From positions 1-29,367 of IMG/VR virus record IMGVR_UViG_3300020161_000820: DNA of 29,367 nt. One strand, given 5' to 3'. Below, one piece after another: positions 25,719-29,367 of this stretch. The notes under the pieces are model-generated. The model did not search any database, was not told where the DNA came from, and was given only the letters and a program-made list of their open reading frames with translations. The translations under genes and the position numbers were made by a program. How positions within the stretch are numbered: position 1 is the first letter of the stretch; each line of letters begins with the position of its first letter. The DNA comes from a virus (taxonomy: Duplodnaviria; Caudoviricetes).

Positions 25719-27272
25719 GTGACAGTACTTGATGAATCAGAAATTGAAGAATACGAGCAAGCGGACGACCTTGATGAAACCTCCGCCGAGTTTCTTGACA
25801 ACCTAGTTAAAAGGTTAATTATCTTTACAGAAGAGTTCTGTGACGTTGAGTTTTTTCCGTATCAAATTCCCATTGCCTACCGTTTAATTGAATCCATTGT
25901 TATTGGTGACGGTGAAGAAATAACAGTTGTTGCAACCCGCCAGTCAGGTAAATCAGAAGTACTTTCTAATGTTTGTGCGTCCCTTATGGTTATCCTTCCT
26001 AAGTTGGCTAAGGTCTACCCAACATGGCTTTCTAAGTTTGACAAGGGATTCTGGGTTGGAGTATTTGCGCCAACTGAAGACCAAGCCGATACCGTCTTTG
26101 GTCGTATCGTTTCAAAACTAACAAGTGAACATGCACTTCAGTTCTTACTTGACCCTGAGATTGACGACAAAGCAGCCTCTGGTGGTTCTCGTGGTAAAGG
26201 TAAATTAATTAGTTTAAAGAACGCTGGTTCACTCTGCCGTATGCAGACCTGTAACCCAAAGGCAAAGATTGAGTCTAAGACCTACCACTTTGTCCTTATT
26301 GACGAGGCTCAGGAAGCCGATGAGACCATGATTGCTAAATCAATCAAACCCATGCTGGCGTTCAACAACGGTTCTATCTGTCTTACTGGTACCGCTACCC
26401 GCTACAAGTCTTACTTCTATAAAATGATTCAATATAACAAACGCAGGTCTGTAGGCGGTAAATCAAAGCGCCAGCAACACTTTGAGTATGACTGGAAGGT
26501 AGCGGCTAAATACAACAAGAACTACCTAAACTTTATTTCTAAAGAGAAACTCCGTATTGGTGAGGATTCAGACGAATTCCAAATGTCTTACATGAATCGT
26601 TGGATTCTTGAAAAGGGTATGTTTGTTACCGAAGAGCGCCTAGACCGTATGTACGATGCCTCCATGAACGTTGTTAAGCAATGGTGGCGTACACCCGTTG
26701 TGGTTGGTATTGACGTAGCCCGTTCAAATGACTCTACAGTTGTAACAGTCGTTTGGGTTGACTGGGACCATCCAGACCCATTTGGGTTCTATGAACACCG
26801 TATTCTTAATTGGCTTGAGATTAACAACGAGGAATGGGAATCACAGTACTTCCAGATTATTGACTTCCTGCGCAACTATGATTGTATGAGAATTGGTGTG
26901 GACTCCCAAGGTGTCGGTGGTGCAGTTGCAGAGCGTCTACAACTTCTTCTCCCTGACATTGAAGTTCTTGCAGTTACCTCAGATGCTAAGAATCAGAACG
27001 AGCGTTGGGTACACCTAACTGAACTTATTCAGCGTGACCAACTTGTAATTCCTGGACATTCTAAAGCCCGTAGGATACGAAACTGGAAACGGTTTAACCA
27101 GCAGATGTCTGACCTTGAAAAGATTTACCGTGGTCCGTACTTACTTGCGGCTGCCCCTGACGAAAAGGGTGCATTTGATGACTACCCCGACAGTTTGGCT
27201 ATTGCTTGTCAAATGAGTACACAGGATACTATGCCGACCATTTTGGTGGCAGATAATCCTTTTTTCCGCTGA
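25719..27272 (+). CDS. terL: terminase large subunit
   Basis: PYQ motif, Walker A ATRQSGKS, Walker B VLIDEAQ, LTGT, RNase H-like GIDVA and DDYPDS; start set to GTG 25719 (TATGCT-7 nt-GTG), alternative ATG 25707. Confidence 0.93.
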   Translation: MTVLDESEIEEYEQADDLDETSAEFLDNLVKRLIIFTEEFCDVEFFPYQIPIAYRLIESIVIGDGEEITVVATRQSGKSEVLSNVCASLMVILPKLAKVYPTWLSKFDKGFWVGVFAPTEDQADTVFGRIVSKLTSEHALQFLLDPEIDDKAASGGSRGKGKLISLKNAGSLCRMQTCNPKAKIESKTYHFVLIDEAQEADETMIAKSIKPMLAFNNGSICLTGTATRYKSYFYKMIQYNKRRSVGGKSKRQQHFEYDWKVAAKYNKNYLNFISKEKLRIGEDSDEFQMSYMNRWILEKGMFVTEERLDRMYDASMNVVKQWWRTPVVVGIDVARSNDSTVVTVVWVDWDHPDPFGFYEHRILNWLEINNEEWESQYFQIIDFLRNYDCMRIGVDSQGVGGAVAERLQLLLPDIEVLAVTSDAKNQNERWVHLTELIQRDQLVIPGHSKARRIRNWKRFNQQMSDLEKIYRGPYLLAAAPDEKGAFDDYPDSLAIACQMSTQDTMPTILVADNPFFR

Positions 27273-27322
27273 AATATGATACCCTTATATACAAGTAACC
27301 CCAGTCCCTTTTGGAGGATTTT

Positions 27323-27724
27323 GTGAACGTAGCACCCGCCCCGATGTTCCCTGAGAAGTCGCCCACCATGTTTGAGCGTGGCTTTGCGCCATCAATCCCT
27401 ATGAACAAAGGTCCTCTTCGTTTTGAAGAGGGTGTCGCAACTGACACCGATGTTCCTAATGATTTTGCACAAGGCGCATACATGGACACCGCTCCATCGC
27501 CAATGCGTATGAACCATAACAACCCAGAGATGTTCTACAAGTACCCAGAGCAAACAATGCGTGAGCGTGCTCACGTAGGTGCCGCTTCATGGATTGAAGC
27601 CCCTACGGTCCTCTCAGAGTTCGTACAGGGCGCTGTGTCAGGTGATGGCATGCCAACGTTTGAGTATGAGTACAACACGGGTGGACACATGAACCGTCCA
27701 AACCCAACTGTAGTTTACGACTAA
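27323..27724 (+). CDS. phage hypothetical protein (possibly virion-associated)
   Basis: GTG start after SD GGAGGA; TATGAT -10 candidate at 27275-80; directly after terL. Confidence 0.75.
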   Translation: MNVAPAPMFPEKSPTMFERGFAPSIPMNKGPLRFEEGVATDTDVPNDFAQGAYMDTAPSPMRMNHNNPEMFYKYPEQTMRERAHVGAASWIEAPTVLSEFVQGAVSGDGMPTFEYEYNTGGHMNRPNPTVVYD

Positions 27725-27727
27725 ATA

Positions 27728-28201
27728 ATGGAATACGGCGAAGCACCAACTCCTGGTGCCGCCGAAGACTCTGAACCTACGCCGTACCAAACGTCACTGC
27801 GTATCCAGAGTGCTGAAGGTGGTATACCTATTGCAGCCGTTTATGCTGGTTTTAAAACTACGTATAACTTTAAGCCTGCGGCTGCTGCTAGGCGCATGGC
27901 TTTTGCAGAGGCTGCGGCACATTACAAATACTTTGAAGCGGCTACTGCCATTCATAACCCTTATGTACCACCACGCCGTAGTCCAAAAGGCGGTATTGAC
28001 CGTCAGCGCCGTTTAACAGGAAACGGTGAAATCTTCACAGACCCGCTAGATGCCTTTAAGCCTCAGCGGTTTAAGTCTACAAAACTCAACGACCCTTCAC
28101 GCCTAACCTACAAATCAGGTGGACCAAGTCGTTGGGAAAAGAAAGGTTTGTCCGCTTATCGTGCGGCTAACAGAGATAACGTTGATGGAGTACCAGACTA
28201 A
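27728..28201 (+). CDS. hypothetical protein, basic C-terminal half
   Basis: 157 aa in-line ORF, TAATG-coupled to the next gene. Confidence 0.7.
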   Translation: MEYGEAPTPGAAEDSEPTPYQTSLRIQSAEGGIPIAAVYAGFKTTYNFKPAAAARRMAFAEAAAHYKYFEAATAIHNPYVPPRRSPKGGIDRQRRLTGNGEIFTDPLDAFKPQRFKSTKLNDPSRLTYKSGGPSRWEKKGLSAYRAANRDNVDGVPD

Positions 28202-29277
28202 TGGAAATACCTGAAGAAGCACGCCGCAAAGCCTTACCACTTGCCTTTGACGTATTAAACCAAGTAAGTGAATCAGAATTAAATGCTGTTCCTGTTCACC
28301 GTGGGCGTGCTCAATTTGATAAGTTTCTCAAAGATAGAGGTAGGCCAACAGGTATGACTTGGCTTACAAAAGAGAACGCAAAAACTGCAAAAAACAGAAC
28401 ATCTCCAAACCCACTTGCTCGTTTTGCCCTTCAAGCAACTTTTAACCTTAAACCCGCACGTAGTTCTGGGATTATGGATGTGTGTGGTGCTTGTTCTAGT
28501 CCTGGTTGTCGTAGCAATTGTTTGAGTGACTCAGGACGTTTTTCATCTAGGGCTGCTCAAAACACTCAACAAGTACATACAGAATTTATGCACGATGACC
28601 CTTTGCATGCGTTGGCTTTAATGCGTGACGAATTTGGGCAACTTGCAGAACATGCTTATGCTGAGGGTTTGCACCCTGTTGGTAGATTTAACACACTTTC
28701 TGATATTCCACATTATTTGTTAAGAAGCGCTCCAGCAATGCTTGCACGTTATGCCGAAATACCAAAAGGCATAGATAGACCAGAAGCATTACGTGGTTTG
28801 CCTGGTGCTACATTCATGGATTATACAGGTGCTGACATGCGTGGTGCTAGGGGAAGACCCGAACCAGCGCTTCCATTTCCTCATGTTTTCCTTCACCGTA
28901 GTGTTAAAGAGTGGACAACTAACGCACGTATCCAAGAACTTGCAGAACAAGGACTTAACGTTGCGTTGCCTGTAGACCTTGGTAAAAAAGATTCAATACC
29001 AGGACACATTACTCGTGAAGACCCAGCAGGTGGTCAGCCTATTACTCTTCCTACTTATGACTCAGACAGAGATGACTCAAGATGGGCAGACCCCGAACAA
29101 GGACACTTTGGTGTGTTACGTGAAAAAAAAGCAGGCTCCATGCAAGGTAAAGGCGTAACAATTAATGAACACAACAACGAACGTGGATTCATTGTGCCTG
29201 CGACTCCTGGAACAGAAGAAATGGTGCCCGTAAGCATTCGTACACGCCCCTCTCGTAGCGCTGCTTTCCGAGGATAA
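28201..29277 (+). CDS. Gp88-like protein (Cys-cluster, radical-SAM-like)
   Basis: VCGACSSPGCRSNCL..SGR, RFNTLSDI, FMDYT and DSDRDDSRWAD parallel the C..S.GC...CL..GR / RLN.TSDI / FYDYT / DGD..D.RF.D pattern of the phage GP88 family. Confidence 0.65.
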   Translation: MEIPEEARRKALPLAFDVLNQVSESELNAVPVHRGRAQFDKFLKDRGRPTGMTWLTKENAKTAKNRTSPNPLARFALQATFNLKPARSSGIMDVCGACSSPGCRSNCLSDSGRFSSRAAQNTQQVHTEFMHDDPLHALALMRDEFGQLAEHAYAEGLHPVGRFNTLSDIPHYLLRSAPAMLARYAEIPKGIDRPEALRGLPGATFMDYTGADMRGARGRPEPALPFPHVFLHRSVKEWTTNARIQELAEQGLNVALPVDLGKKDSIPGHITREDPAGGQPITLPTYDSDRDDSRWADPEQGHFGVLREKKAGSMQGKGVTINEHNNERGFIVPATPGTEEMVPVSIRTRPSRSAAFRG

Positions 29278-29280
29278 CTC

Positions 29281-29367
29281 GTGGACCCCGCAATCGCTTC
29301 TATTGTTGTCGCCATTATTGGACTCTTTGGAACTGTTGCTGCTGTTGCTATAAAAGAGTTTAAAGAC
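29281..29367 (+). CDS. membrane protein, 3'-truncated
   Basis: GTG start after GAGGA; MDPAIASIVVAIIGLFGTVAAVAIKEFKD runs off the window. Confidence 0.65.
   Translation, partial: MDPAIASIVVAIIGLFGTVAAVAIKEFKD

Noticed and set aside
25719-27272. Intein or intron in terL
   Set aside because: Normal length, continuous motifs, no intein ends or homing endonuclease motifs seen.
1-29367. tRNA/rRNA genes, integrase, transposase or alternative genetic code
   Set aside because: No cloverleaf or recombinase motifs recognised by eye; genes tile densely under the standard code using all three stops.

Overview
The window is a densely packed, mostly + strand segment of a large tailed dsDNA phage. By inference it is a myovirus-like phage of a low-GC, probably freshwater, actinobacterium. 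Left part (1-9976): an accessory region with a ParB-like gene, three tandem paralogues, an FmdB zinc ribbon, an inverted sugar epimerase plus glycosyltransferase pair, a HicA-like gene, an HExxH metalloprotease-like protein, two adjacent ADP-ribosyltransferase-like genes and a Thr-rich mucin-like membrane protein. Middle part (9996-23868): tail fibre/appendage genes with collagen-like and Gly-rich repeats, an Mtd N-terminal domain, an S74 chaperone and a Gp5-OB/C1q fusion. Embedded in it are a fibre with an extreme His-rich insert followed by a flavin-dependent halogenase cassette, and a GT4 glycosyltransferase. Right part: M15-like endolysin, KTSC protein, a putative two-hairpin sRNA, the terminase large subunit and a Gp88-like protein. 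Many genes have a -10 hexamer 6-8 nt before the start codon (leaderless architecture). All family calls come from recognising motifs by eye; no database searches were run.
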